In this document: positions 1 through 9,799 of the stretch, one piece after another
Position numbering within the stretch: position 1 is the first letter of the stretch
Layout: each line of letters begins with the position of its first letter
Assembly (NCBI GenBank): GCA_013416795.1
Contig: RQSC01001312.1
Location: 3,640 to 67,639 of the forward strand
Direction of reading: 5' to 3'
DNA length: 64,000 nucleotides
DNA from: Prasinococcaceae sp. CCMP 1430
Taxonomy: Eukaryota; Plantae; Prasinodermophyta
Made by a program: the position numbers and the translations under genes
Notes under the pieces: generated by a model
Told to the model about the DNA's origin: nothing
The model's database searches: none
What the model saw: only the letters and a program-made list of their open reading frames with translations

Positions 1-539
1 CGTGGGTCGGCGCTTCTGAGCGCGCCGGCGAGCTCCGCCACTTCGCCAAGGGGCACGAATTCGTCCATGCCGTCCGTGAACACCGGCGTGCCGTCGTCGA
101 TCTCGTCGAAGTCGTACATGATGCGCAGCGAGTCGATGAAGTGCGGGCCGGCCTTCTCGCCAGAGCCGTCCTTGTAGTACCACACAGCCTTTCTGGCGTT
201 GATGGCGCTGCCGCTCGCGCGCAAAGCGCCGTGCAGCTCGGGCAGCGTTTTTACCTGCGCGAAGTCTTCCATCTTGCCCTCGAGCCAGACGTAGCTGTCG
301 CCGTCGAGCTTGCCCGACGCCCACATCTCCTTGAGGTCGTCGACCGTCCTCGGGCCCTGGTGGCGCGCGCCCGCGCGCGCGATCGGGACGCGCGCCGGCG
401 TCAGCGGCCGCGGCACACACAACGCACCGACCCCGGTCGCAGTCGCGCGGGCGCGCACCTTGGTGGGGATGTCGACGACCTGCCCCCCCTCATTCTTGAC
501 GACGTCGATGAAGAACCACGCGCCCGAGAGCGCCCCCAT
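1..539 (-). CDS. Tandem GYF_2 (DUF4339)-domain protein, partial (runs off the left end); intron 357-458
   Basis: Spliced translation MGALSGAWFFIDVVKNEGGQVVDIPTK|GPRTVDDLKEMWASGKLDGDSYVWLEGKMEDF, then WYYKDGSGEKAGPHFIDSLRIMYDFDEIDDGTPVFTDGMDEF: two W-x-GP...L...VW/VF-x-GM units. Intron is GTGCGC...CAG in phase 0. Confidence 0.7.
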   Translation of the reverse strand, partial: MGALSGAWFFIDVVKNEGGQVVDIPTKVRARATATGVGALCVPRPLTPARVPIARAGARHQGPRTVDDLKEMWASGKLDGDSYVWLEGKMEDFAQVKTLPELHGALRASGSAINARKAVWYYKDGSGEKAGPHFIDSLRIMYDFDEIDDGTPVFTDGMDEFVPLGEVAELAGALRSADP

Positions 540-573
540 GGACCCGCCCGCGCGCCCCGCGCGCGCCGCTCAC

Positions 574-657
574 CCTCCCAAAGAGGTCGTCGAGCTCGCG
601 CTCGCGCACGTCGCCCGGCAGCGACGCGCAGTACACCGTGTACATCCCACGCGGCAT
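574..657 (-). CDS. Orphan first exon of an SR splicing factor (RRM N-terminus)
   Basis: 28 codons, MPRGMYTVYCASLPGDVRERELDDLFGR, ending at a GTGAGC donor; resembles [20 protein letters not shown] of plant SR30/SR34. No matching downstream RRM exon in the window. Confidence 0.6.
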
Positions 658-1433
658 GGCGCGCGTGCGCTTCCTGGTCGCGGAAGCGGGCGCGGCGTGC
701 GTGCGTGCAGGCGCGGGGGCGGGGGAGGGCGCGCCGGCGGCCCGCGCGCGCGTGTGTGGCGCCCGCGTTTTTCAGCGTCTCCCGGCGGGCGCTTTTTCCC
801 GCCACGTCTCACGCGCGCGGCGAGACCCACCGACGTTCATCGACACACGCCACTCCAATCAGCACGACATATGTACCCACGGGAGATCCGAATCAGATGA
901 CTCAGACGGACTCAGACGCACATCACGGGCCCACGTGATGTGACTCACACCATCCACGGCATGGTTGGGGTTACGACAAAAAAATCAGCCCGGCGGATGT
1001 ACGCCCCACATCCCCGGCCGCGCCGGCGCGCGCGGCGCCGCGCGCGCGGCCGCGCCCGCTCCATCGAACGCGGCCGTCGAGGCTGGTCGGTCAAATCGGC
1101 GTGTTTGAGGTTTTGTAACACCAATCAGGGTTCATATCTGCGCNGGTGCCCCGCGAGCGCGCGGGCGCGGCGGTGCCCGGCCACCCCGCGCCTGCGAGAC
1201 GCCGCCCTCCGACGACCTCGCAGCAGCAGCGGGCGCACTGCCGCCCGCGTGCAGAAAAACACAATTTGTCGGCATGTAGCAATTCGGCGCCGTTTCTACG
1301 CATATTTGACCTATCTGTGCATGTATTATGATATTTTCATTGCTGCGTGTTGTGATCCGCGTGCTGACGCGCTCTCGCGTGCTCCGCTGCGCCTGCGCCA
1401 CGCACGCACGCCCGCGTGCCCGCGCGAGCGTAG

Positions 1434-2065
1434 AAGTGCCGCGAGGTGCTGGCGTGCATGGCGAGCTCGGGCATCCCCGAGGACGCGTTCTACCGGCGCC
1501 ACGTGGAGAAGAACTGGGGCGGCAAGATGGCGATGGCGTCGCGCGCGACAAGCCAGGAGGCGCTCGAGGAGGAGCTCGGCTTCCAGGTGGAGGAGGTCAT
1601 CAGGGCGGGGGACAAGCAGGTGCGCGAGCGCCACGCCCCCGCTCCGTGCACGCGTGCAGCGTGCGCGCGCGCGCGCGGCGCTTGAGCGCCTGCCGACGTC
1701 CATCCGCTCCCGCGTGCGCAATGCTGCGCTTGCGCCGCCGAGCCGCGAGAGCAGCGCCTCACTTTTCTTCGGACCGTGCTGACCTCCTCTGCACACGCGC
1801 ACGCGTGCGCACTGACTCCGCCCCCTCCCACTACCCTCAGCTGGACCTCATCCCCTTCATCGCCAAGGAGCAGGCCTGGCGGCCGCGCGACCCGTCCGCG
1901 CCCGCGCAGTACTTCCAGGAGGTGGACGTCATGATGCCGCACGAGATGGGCGCGCGCGTCGTCGACGAGCGCGAAGTCGTGGCGCCCACGCCCGAGGAAG
2001 AGGAGGCCGCCGCAGCGGCGGCAGCTGCCGCCGCCGCCGCCGAGGAGGAGGGCGCCAAGAAGTGA
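1434..2065 (+). CDS. NDUFA5: NADH dehydrogenase 1 alpha subcomplex subunit 5 (B13); 5' exon not found; intron 1620-1840
   Basis: KCREVLACMASSGIPEDAFYRRHVEKNWGGKMAM...LEEELGFQVEEVIRAGDKQ|LDLIPFIAKEQAWRP matches the IP-x2-A-x-YR...LE-x-L-x-GQLEEVI...W pattern. Canonical splice sites with a CTGAC branch point. Confidence 0.75.
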
Positions 2066-2276
2066 GGCGCTGCTGCCGCGTGCTGCGGGGACGCATGGCG
2101 CGATATTTTTTGCATAAACACACACACGCACACGCTCCCGCGGGGAGTCTTTTTTGGCAACCTGGGCGTTCCGCGCGCTTCAGGCAGAGAGTGTTGCGCA
2201 TAGTTCACATGTACAGTGGTGCCGCGCGCGCGCGCGCCCAACGCGTGGCATCCCCCTCGGCCTCCCTTTCCCCTCG

Positions 2277-2810
2277 CTACCGCACGGCGAGCCACAGCAG
2301 CAGTCCGATCGCGACGATGGCCGACACGGTGTACACCATACGCCGCGAGTCCTTGCCGTCGAAGACCAGCTTGAAGCGCGCGAACGACGCCTCGAGCAAC
2401 CCGCCCACGCCGCCGAAGGACGTGTCCATTCCGTCCAGCAGGCGGTTCTGCGCGCGTGCGCGAGTGCGGGAACGTGGATGTGCGCGCGTGGATGCGTGCA
2501 GGCGGTCACAGGCAGACCAGCGGCGAGCGGAGCGCGGCGTCAGTCAGTCGGCGGCCAAGGGGGTCTGCCGCGCACGCACGGCCCGCGGCGCGGCGCGCAC
2601 GCGTGCGCGCGTGCGCTCGCCCGTGCGCGCGCTCGCTCGCTCGCGCACCTGCGACTCGGACTCGTCGTGCAGCCCCTGCGTGATGCCCTTGAGCGTCGCG
2701 ATGCGGTCCGAGAGCGCCGCCGACATGGCGTCGTTCTCGCGCTCCGCCTGGCCGACCTCCACGTCGCCGCCGCCGCCGCCGAACGCGCCGCCGCCGCGCC
2801 GCGAGCGCTT
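2277..2810 (-). CDS. BET1: BET1/SFT1-like Qc-SNARE; start codon not found; intron 2448-2648
   Basis: ERENDAMSAALSDRIATLKGITQGLHDESESQ|NRLLDGMDTSFGGVGGLLEASFARFKLVFDGKDSRRMVYTVSAIVAIGLLLWLAVR*: SNARE motif plus C-terminal TM. Confidence 0.85.
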
Positions 2811-3149
2811 GCTGCAGCATCTCCATGAGCACGTCCTCCACCTTGGACGTCTTTCTCTCTGTCAGGTACTTGCACGCCGCGACGACCTCGCGCGCGAGTG
2901 CCGGCACATCCGAGCTTGCATCGAGCGCCGGCACGCGGATGCGTTTGACGCCCGGCTTCTGCTCGACCACCCGCACGGACTCGCCCAGCGTGGACATCTC
3001 GTGCTTCTCCTCGGTGTAGTGCACGAGCACCGCCCCGCCGCGCGGGTCCGCCTCGATCGCCCCAGGGCGCACCTGTCGTCCGTAAATGCGAGCGTGGCGG
3101 GATGACGAGCCAAGGAGGGCGTGCAGTGCGCGTGCACCATGGGAGACAT
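2790..3149 (-). CDS. KIFAP3: N-terminal fragment (~95 aa) of kinesin-associated protein 3 (KAP/FLA3); putative intron 3073-3137
   Basis: VRPGAIEADPRGGAVLVHYTEE...KRIRVPALDASSDVPALAREVVAACKYLTERKTSKVEDVL aligns by eye with KAP3 VKGGNIDVHP..ALIVHYE...[28 protein letters not shown]...EVEQLL. The frame then runs into BET1 sequence. Confidence 0.65.
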
Positions 3150-4065
3150 GCGCGGGTCAGCAACCATGTTTTCGTGTGGCACAGCTAGACTCCTCTCGCG
3201 CTTGCATGCACGACACGGTGGTCAAGCGAGCGCTCTGGTGCACCTGCCTGCGCTCGGGCGGTGTGCAAGCGCGCACGCGAGCGGACTCNTGCGCTGGTAC
3301 GCCGCCGGCGAGGGCGCCGAGGGCGCGGCCAAGGCCGGGGCGGCCAAGGCCGGCGCGGAAGCGGGCGCGGAAGCGGGAGCCTCGGCGAGCAGCGGCCTCT
3401 TCGCTGCAGGCTACGGCAAGCCCATGACCTGGCGCGTCGCCGGCGCGACGCTCGTCACCGGTGCGGCGCTGACCGCTGCGTACTTCTACGAGAAGGAGAG
3501 GCGCTTCAAGGAGATCCTCGCGTCCAAGACCGCGACGGCCGGCGAGGCCGCCATCGGCGGGCCGTTCTCGCTGCGCGAATCGGTGAGCGGCAAGGCGTAC
3601 ACGGACAAGGACCTCATAGGCAAGTGGACGCTGCTGTACTTCGGCTTCACCGCCTGCCCCGACGTCTGCCCCGAGGAGATGGAGAAGCTGGCCGAGGCGA
3701 TCGACATGATCGAGAAGGTCGCCGGCGAGGGCGCGATCAACCCGGTCTTCATATCCATCGACCCCGAGCGCGACAGCCTTGAGGAGGTGCGCGAATACGT
3801 CAAGAAGTTTCACAAGCGCATGGTGGGCCTGACCGGCAGCGTCAAGCAGTGCAATGCCGCCGCGCGCTCGTACCGTGTGTACCACCACAAGACCTCGGAG
3901 GACGCCGACTACCTCGTCGACCACTCGATCATCCACTACTTGGTGGGACCCGACGGCAAGTTCCGCAAGTTCTTCCTCAAGAGTGACGAAGCTAAGACGA
4001 TTGCCAGCGGCGTGCTCAACCTCATGGCTGACGAGTTCAAGGCCGAGCGCGCTCAGAAGGGATAG
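3139..4065 (+). CDS. SCO1: SCO1/SenC cytochrome c oxidase copper chaperone; start uncertain (N at 3289)
   Basis: IGGPFSL, LLYFGFTACPDVCPEE (CxxxC), VFISIDPERD, YLVDHSII; single TM upstream. Confidence 0.93.
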   Translation: MGDMRGSATMFSCGTARLLSRLHARHGGQASALVHLPALGRCASAHASGLXRWYAAGEGAEGAAKAGAAKAGAEAGAEAGASASSGLFAAGYGKPMTWRVAGATLVTGAALTAAYFYEKERRFKEILASKTATAGEAAIGGPFSLRESVSGKAYTDKDLIGKWTLLYFGFTACPDVCPEEMEKLAEAIDMIEKVAGEGAINPVFISIDPERDSLEEVREYVKKFHKRMVGLTGSVKQCNAAARSYRVYHHKTSEDADYLVDHSIIHYLVGPDGKFRKFFLKSDEAKTIASGVLNLMADEFKAERAQKG

Positions 4066-4410
4066 GGGGTGACAGGCCTGTGAGCTCGCAGTCGTCCTGC
4101 CCAGACAGCGGGCGGGCTCTGCGCGGCCGTCGCGGCACCTCCGCGCACACAACTCGAGCGACTCCGGGGCCGCCATTCTTTCTGGCGCGACTACGCGCCG
4201 TGTTTTCATTTTTGGTCCACAAGCGGGGCGGGACCAGCCAGCGCTGCGGCGGTGTTGTAAGCATTGCCCTTGCCTGCAAGGCAGCGGTGCCCTGTGCTTG
4301 TACCCCCAGCAGGCACGCGCACGCGCGCAGGCGCGCGCACGCGCGTTGCGTTCCCACGGCCGCGCGCGCGGGGAACATGTCTAAGGACTCGGCTGGTGGT
4401 ATTACATGGT

Positions 4411-5595
4411 CTAGGCGCCGAATGCGGCGTCGAGGTCCGCAATGAGGTCTTCGATGTCCTCGATGCCGGCAGAGATGCGCACGAGGTCGTCGGGAAGGCC
4501 GCGCGCCGCGCGCACCTCGGCGGGGATGCTCGCGTGCGACATGAAGCACGGCAGCGAGATGAGGCTGTTGGTCGAGCCGAAGCTGACGGTGATCTTGAAC
4601 AGCTTGGTCTCCTCGACGATGCGCCGCGACAGCTCAAGGTCGCCCGTCTCGAAGGACAGCAGCGAGCCGCCCAGCTTCGCCTGCGAGTCGTGCACGTCAG
4701 CGAACGGGTGGCCGGGCAGGCCGGGGTAGTTCAGCTTGGTGACCTTTGGGTGCGCGGCGAGCCACTCGGCGAGCTTCGCGCAGTTCTCCACCTGCCTCTC
4801 CATGCGCAGCCCCATGGTCTTGAGCCCTCGCGCCGCCAGCCAGCACTCGAAGGGGGCCATGCCGCTGCCCTCGGCGTTCTGGAAGAAATACACGCGCTTG
4901 GCGAGCTCCTCGCCCTTGATCGCCAGCAGCCCGCCCGTCACGTCCGAGTGTCCCGCCACGAACTTGGTGGCCGAGGTCATGGAGATGTCGGCGCCAAGCT
5001 CGAGCGGCCGCTGGTAGAGGCAGGTCATGATGGAGTTGTCGACGCACACGAGCGCGCCGACCTCCTTGGCCATGGCCGCGATGGCCGCGATGTCGGTCAC
5101 CTGCATGCGCGGGTTGGTGGGGCTCTCGAGCATCACCATGGTCGTCCCCGGCGTCTGGATCGCCGCGCGCGTGGCCTCGAGGTCGGTGTGGTCCACGTTG
5201 GTCACGCGCAGGCCCGCGGCCGGCGCGCACTGCGCCAGGAGGCGCGAGGTGCCGCCGTAGAGGTCATCGCCGGCCACGACGTGGTCGCCCGCCTTGCAGA
5301 GCCTCGTGACCACGGCGAGCGCGGCCATGCCCGAGTTGAACGCGAACGCGGCGTCCGCGCCCTCGAGGTCCGCCCACTGCGTCTGCAGCAGGTCGCGCGT
5401 CGGGTTGCCCGAGCGCGTGTAGTCGTAGGGCCCGTTGGAGACGGCGTCGGGCTGCCCGAAGGTGGCCGTCTGGTAGAGCGGCGGGGCGCTCGCGTTGAAG
5501 GGATCCTCGGGCTTGAAGCCGTGGGCCAGGCGCGTCGACAGGCCGTACTCGCGCTCGCCGCCGCCGCCCTCCCCCGCGCGCGCCGCCGCGCGCAA
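4411..5595 (-). CDS. metC: Cystathionine beta-lyase (PLP-dependent); true start not found
   Basis: PPLYQTATF, YDYTRSGNPTR, ESPTNP, SATKFVAGHSDV (PLP lysine), VSFGS, LVRISAGIED. Confidence 0.92.
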   Translation of the reverse strand: MRAAARAGEGGGGEREYGLSTRLAHGFKPEDPFNASAPPLYQTATFGQPDAVSNGPYDYTRSGNPTRDLLQTQWADLEGADAAFAFNSGMAALAVVTRLCKAGDHVVAGDDLYGGTSRLLAQCAPAAGLRVTNVDHTDLEATRAAIQTPGTTMVMLESPTNPRMQVTDIAAIAAMAKEVGALVCVDNSIMTCLYQRPLELGADISMTSATKFVAGHSDVTGGLLAIKGEELAKRVYFFQNAEGSGMAPFECWLAARGLKTMGLRMERQVENCAKLAEWLAAHPKVTKLNYPGLPGHPFADVHDSQAKLGGSLLSFETGDLELSRRIVEETKLFKITVSFGSTNSLISLPCFMSHASIPAEVRAARGLPDDLVRISAGIEDIEDLIADLDAAFGA

Positions 5596-5741
5596 CGCCG
5601 CCGGCGCCGGCGAATGGAGGCGCGCTTCCCAACGCGGCCTCGCCCGGCGCCCTCGGGGCGGACCTCGACACGCCCGGCGTCGAAGCGGCGCTGCGCGAGC
5701 AGGCGCGCGAGGAGCGGCGGACGCCGCTCCCCGTCTCCGAG

Positions 5742-7604
5742 ATGATCGGGGGCGTCAACCAGGCACAGAAGATCGCCGCCCTCCGCCGAGTCACCGAGGG
5801 CGAGGTGCTCATCAAGCAGGACACGAGCGGCAAGAGGTTCAAGAAGGCCTTCGGCCAGCGCTTCTTCTGCTTCGAGGCGCGGCGCCTGTGCTACGGCCGG
5901 CTCTCCAAGGTCAAGCGCGTGGACGTCGAGGGGGTGCTCATCGACGACTTCGAGCCCCCGCGCGGCTCGCGCATGGTGGCGCGCCCGCGCAGCCTGCTGG
6001 TGTTCGAGCTGGCGGACGGTGGACAGCTGCGCTGCTTGATGCCCGGCTATGCTGCGGCGAGGATGTGGGCCCTCGGCACCATCCTGTGCTTGGCCGGCGT
6101 GACGCTCCAGGACCTGGAGCGCTCGCGCGGCGGCGCCCTCTCGCCGGGCGTTAGCATCCGCGAGGAGGGCGCGGGGCGCGATTCGGACTCGACGCCCAAC
6201 GGCGGCGACGCGCGCGCAGCAGCCGAGGGCGCCCGAGACGCGGCCGCGAAGCAAGGGGAGCAGCTCGAGGCGATGCCCGGGGCCGAGCAGCAGCGAGAGC
6301 ATCAGCGGCACGAGCAGCCAAAGGCACCGGCGCCTCGACCCGATCTCGACGCGGACGCGCGGACGCTGCCTCCGCCGGGCTCGGCGCCGCTCGGAGACCG
6401 CACGCCCCAGGCGCCCGCCGCGCTCGGTGGCTCGCCGGTGCTACCGCACGTCCCGAGGCTCGACCTGTCGACGGCGCTTGCCCAGCCGCAGGACGACGCC
6501 AGCCCTGAGCCGGCGCCGCGCGGGGATGACGCCAGTGCCGCCAGCGACAACAGCCCAGAGAGCGCGAGCTCGGGGCCGGACGACGGCGATGCCCTTTCGC
6601 AGGACGACCTGTCGGCCTCGGCGGACGGCGACGACGAAGGCACCGCCGCGGAGGAGCTCCAGTCGCTGCGCGACCAGTGCGTGCGCGCGCGCCGCGAACG
6701 CGAGGTGGCCGAGGCTGAGGCTCGCGCGCTGCGCGCTCGCCTGGACGCGGCCGAGGGCGAGCGCGCACGCCTTCTGGCCCAGATCCGCCGCAGCGAGGAG
6801 CGATCACTGCGCCTGGACGAGACGCTCCTGTGCCGCCACGCGGCGGCCACGCGCGACGCCCTCGCGCGGGGCCGCCGCGGGGGCTCCAACGGCATCCCCG
6901 AGGGCATCGAGGCCGCCTTCCGCTGCGGCCCGCCCGCCGGGCTCGTGGATGCCGCGGACGGCGAGGCCGAGGGCATCGAAGGCTCGTCGGGCGGCGCGGG
7001 TGCCGCGGAGGTGAGCGACGCTCGGCGGGTGAGCGACGTCAGTGCCGTCAAGGACGAGGTCAGTGCGCGCCTTGAGGCCACCCTGACGTTGTGCGTCGAG
7101 ATGGCGGGCCGGTGCAAGGCCGAGCTGGCCGCTCTCCGGGACGAACACGCCGAGTGGCAGATGTCGCACGCCGCGGCCGAGGTGCGCCTGGCCGAGCTCC
7201 GCGTCGAAGCGGGCGCGTGCGAGGACAAGCTTCACGCGAGCGGCCTCGCCATCCAGGAGGAGGAACAGAAGATCAAGCAGGCTGAGGACGTGCGCTCGCA
7301 GAAGACGGAACTTCTTCACAAACTGAAGGAGCTCGAGCTCTGCGACGATGCGGACCTCGTCGAGCTGCTCTCCAAGAAGGCCGTGCAGGCGGGCCGCCTC
7401 CACGACGAGGTGGTGACCGCCAAGGACCAGCTGAAGCGCATGAAGCGCATAGCACTCGAGATGGAGAGAGAGCTGGGAGACAAGCAGTCGGTCGTCCAGG
7501 ACCACGACAAGGCGATGGACGCGCGCCAGAACGTGCACGCGCGCGCGCTCGCCGCGCACCTGGAGGCATTCGCTGCGGGCGTGGCCGAGATTGGCTCCGC
7601 GTGA
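5742..7604 (+). CDS. PH-like domain plus long coiled-coil protein
   Basis: N-terminal KKAFGQRFFCFEARRLCY...LLVFEL...AARMWALG has PH-like beta/alpha order; acidic linker; heptad-rich C-terminal half; strong GC3 bias. Confidence 0.6.
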   Translation: MIGGVNQAQKIAALRRVTEGEVLIKQDTSGKRFKKAFGQRFFCFEARRLCYGRLSKVKRVDVEGVLIDDFEPPRGSRMVARPRSLLVFELADGGQLRCLMPGYAAARMWALGTILCLAGVTLQDLERSRGGALSPGVSIREEGAGRDSDSTPNGGDARAAAEGARDAAAKQGEQLEAMPGAEQQREHQRHEQPKAPAPRPDLDADARTLPPPGSAPLGDRTPQAPAALGGSPVLPHVPRLDLSTALAQPQDDASPEPAPRGDDASAASDNSPESASSGPDDGDALSQDDLSASADGDDEGTAAEELQSLRDQCVRARREREVAEAEARALRARLDAAEGERARLLAQIRRSEERSLRLDETLLCRHAAATRDALARGRRGGSNGIPEGIEAAFRCGPPAGLVDAADGEAEGIEGSSGGAGAAEVSDARRVSDVSAVKDEVSARLEATLTLCVEMAGRCKAELAALRDEHAEWQMSHAAAEVRLAELRVEAGACEDKLHASGLAIQEEEQKIKQAEDVRSQKTELLHKLKELELCDDADLVELLSKKAVQAGRLHDEVVTAKDQLKRMKRIALEMERELGDKQSVVQDHDKAMDARQNVHARALAAHLEAFAAGVAEIGSA

Positions 7605-7744
7605 AGGAGCCCCGGAAGGATTGTGAGGACAGTCGGGCGCCTTGTTGGCCGAAGCGTATGCCCGGTGGAGTGCGCCTCCCGCGCGTGCGCGCGCTGGCAC
7701 CGCGCAGGGCGCCGCCGCCACCGCCGCGCATAACTCATCATCCC

Positions 7745-9730
7745 ATGTTGCTTCTCCTCCGCGGGCCCCGCTGCTGCTCGCGGCGCGCGCGGCGCTGGCG
7801 CATCGCACTGCGCCCACTCGAGCAGCTCGGAGAGCCCGAAGGAGCGGCGCGCGGCGCGCTCGCGTCTCCCCGCGCACCCTCCCCTCCAACGTCCCCCCGC
7901 CCCACCCTCAGCACCGGCCACCACATCGCGGCCGAGGAGCTATGGCGAGTTGCGCCTGGAGGCGGGCCCCGCCGTATTCGTGCACTCCGGCGGGCCGGCG
8001 CGGATCTGCGCGATTTCCGGGAGGCGGTGGCCGACGGCGCCACCGCCGTGCCCGTGTACGCGCGCGTCTTCTCGGACCACCTCACGCCCGTGCTCGCCTA
8101 CCGCTGCCTCGTGCGCAACGACGACCGCGAGGCGCCCAGCTTCCTGCTCGAGTCGGTCGTCGGCGGCGACACCGCGGGGAGGTTCTCCTTCGTGGGCGCG
8201 CACCCTGCCATCGAGGTGGTCGCCAAGGAGGACGAGGTGCGCGAGCGTCCCCGCGCCGGAGCGCGCGCGGCGCACGCGCTCTATCTCTCCTCGAGCGCAC
8301 TCGCTGACACCCGCCCGCTCGCACGCGCGCCCTGCCCTCACGCGCTCGCACGCGCGCCCTCGCAGGTGGTCGTCCTGAACAACGAGACCGGCGAGCGCAC
8401 CGTCACCCGCGAGGCGAACCCCATCGATGTGCCCGCGCGGCTGTCGCGCGGCTACGTGGCGCACGCCGCCGAGGGCCTGCCGCCGTGCTTCTGCGGCGGC
8501 TGGGTGGGCTACACCGGCTACGACGCGGTGCGCTACACCGAGCCGAGCAAGCTGCCCTTTTCGGCCGCGCCGCCGGACGACCGCGGCCTCCCCGACATCC
8601 ACCTGGGGCTGTACAAGGACGTGCTCGTCTTCGACAACGCGCAGAAGGTGGCCTACGCCGTGCACTGGGTCTTCATGGAGGACTTCGACTCCGCCGACGA
8701 GGCGTTCGAGAGCGGCATGGAGAATTTGAACAAGCTGGTGGAGCAGGTGTCGCCGCAGGCGGCGCCCGAGCTGCCCACGGGGCGCGTGGGGCTCTCCACC
8801 GCCAGCTTCAGCTCGGCGCCGCTGCGGTCCAACATGAGCAGGGAGGGCTTCCTGGACGCCATCGCGCGCGTCAAGGAGTACATCCTCTCGGGGGACGCCT
8901 TCCAGATCGTGCTGAGCCACCGCTTCGAGCGACGCACGTACGCTGACCCCTTCGAGATCTACCGCTCGCTGCGCGTTGTCAACCCGTCGCCGTACATGAT
9001 CTACCTGCAGGCGCGCGGCGCCATCATGGTGGCGAGCTCGCCGGAGATCCTCTGCCGCGTGGCGCCCGACCCGGAGACGGGGCGGCCGCAGGTGGTCAAC
9101 CGGCCGCTGGCGGGCACGCGGCGGCGCGGCAAAACGGCGGAGGAGGACGCGGCCACCGAGGCGGAGCTGCTGGCGGACGAGAAGGAGGTGGCCGAACACA
9201 CCATGCTGGTGGACCTGGGGCGCAACGACGTGGGGCGCGTCGCCGAGCACGGCAGCGTGGTGGTGGAGCGGCTGATGAACGTGGAGCGCTACTCGCACGT
9301 GATGCACATCTCCAGCACGGTGACGGGCCTCCTCAAGGCGGGCGTGGACGCGTGGGCGGCGCTGCAGGCGGCGCTGCCCGCGGGCACCATCAGCGGCGCC
9401 CCCAAGGTGCGCGCCATGCAGATCATCGATGAGCTGGAGGTGTCGCGGCGCGGTCCGTACGGCGGCGGCATCGGCCTGGCGGGCTTCAACGGCTCGATGG
9501 ACATGGCGCTCGCGCTGCGCACCATGGTCATCCCCACCGCCAACCGGGACACGCTGTACGACTACGGCACGCCCAACCCGCGGCGCGAGTGGCTGGTGCA
9601 CCTACAGGCGGGCGCGGGCGTGGTGGCCGACAGCGTGCCAGAGGCCGAGTACGAGGAGACGGTCAACAAGAGCGGCGCGCTCAGCCGCGCCATCGACCTC
9701 GCCGAGGCCGCATTCGTCGACGGCGAGTAA
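7745..9730 (+). CDS. ASA1: Anthranilate synthase alpha subunit, plastid; in-frame intron 8237-8365
   Basis: DHLTPVLAYRCLV, SFLLESV, GGWVGYTGYD, GDAFQIVLS, NPSPYM, RPLAGTRRRG, EHTMLVDLGRND, GTISGAPKVRAM, QAGAGVVADS. Confidence 0.95.
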   Translation: MLLLLRGPRCCSRRARRWRIALRPLEQLGEPEGAARGALASPRAPSPPTSPRPTLSTGHHIAAEELWRVAPGGGPRRIRALRRAGADLRDFREAVADGATAVPVYARVFSDHLTPVLAYRCLVRNDDREAPSFLLESVVGGDTAGRFSFVGAHPAIEVVAKEDEVRERPRAGARAAHALYLSSSALADTRPLARAPCPHALARAPSQVVVLNNETGERTVTREANPIDVPARLSRGYVAHAAEGLPPCFCGGWVGYTGYDAVRYTEPSKLPFSAAPPDDRGLPDIHLGLYKDVLVFDNAQKVAYAVHWVFMEDFDSADEAFESGMENLNKLVEQVSPQAAPELPTGRVGLSTASFSSAPLRSNMSREGFLDAIARVKEYILSGDAFQIVLSHRFERRTYADPFEIYRSLRVVNPSPYMIYLQARGAIMVASSPEILCRVAPDPETGRPQVVNRPLAGTRRRGKTAEEDAATEAELLADEKEVAEHTMLVDLGRNDVGRVAEHGSVVVERLMNVERYSHVMHISSTVTGLLKAGVDAWAALQAALPAGTISGAPKVRAMQIIDELEVSRRGPYGGGIGLAGFNGSMDMALALRTMVIPTANRDTLYDYGTPNPRREWLVHLQAGAGVVADSVPEAEYEETVNKSGALSRAIDLAEAAFVDGE

Positions 9731-9799
9731 CATCGATCTGTGTGTGCCGCGCGTTCGTGTACGCGATAGTTACGTCGGCCGCAGCGTGCGGCCCCTTCC

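Noticed and set aside
4264-5745. Long antisense or alternate-frame ORFs over real genes (here and throughout)
   Set aside because: These are shadow frames caused by high GC3 and scarce stop codons; they carry no family motifs.
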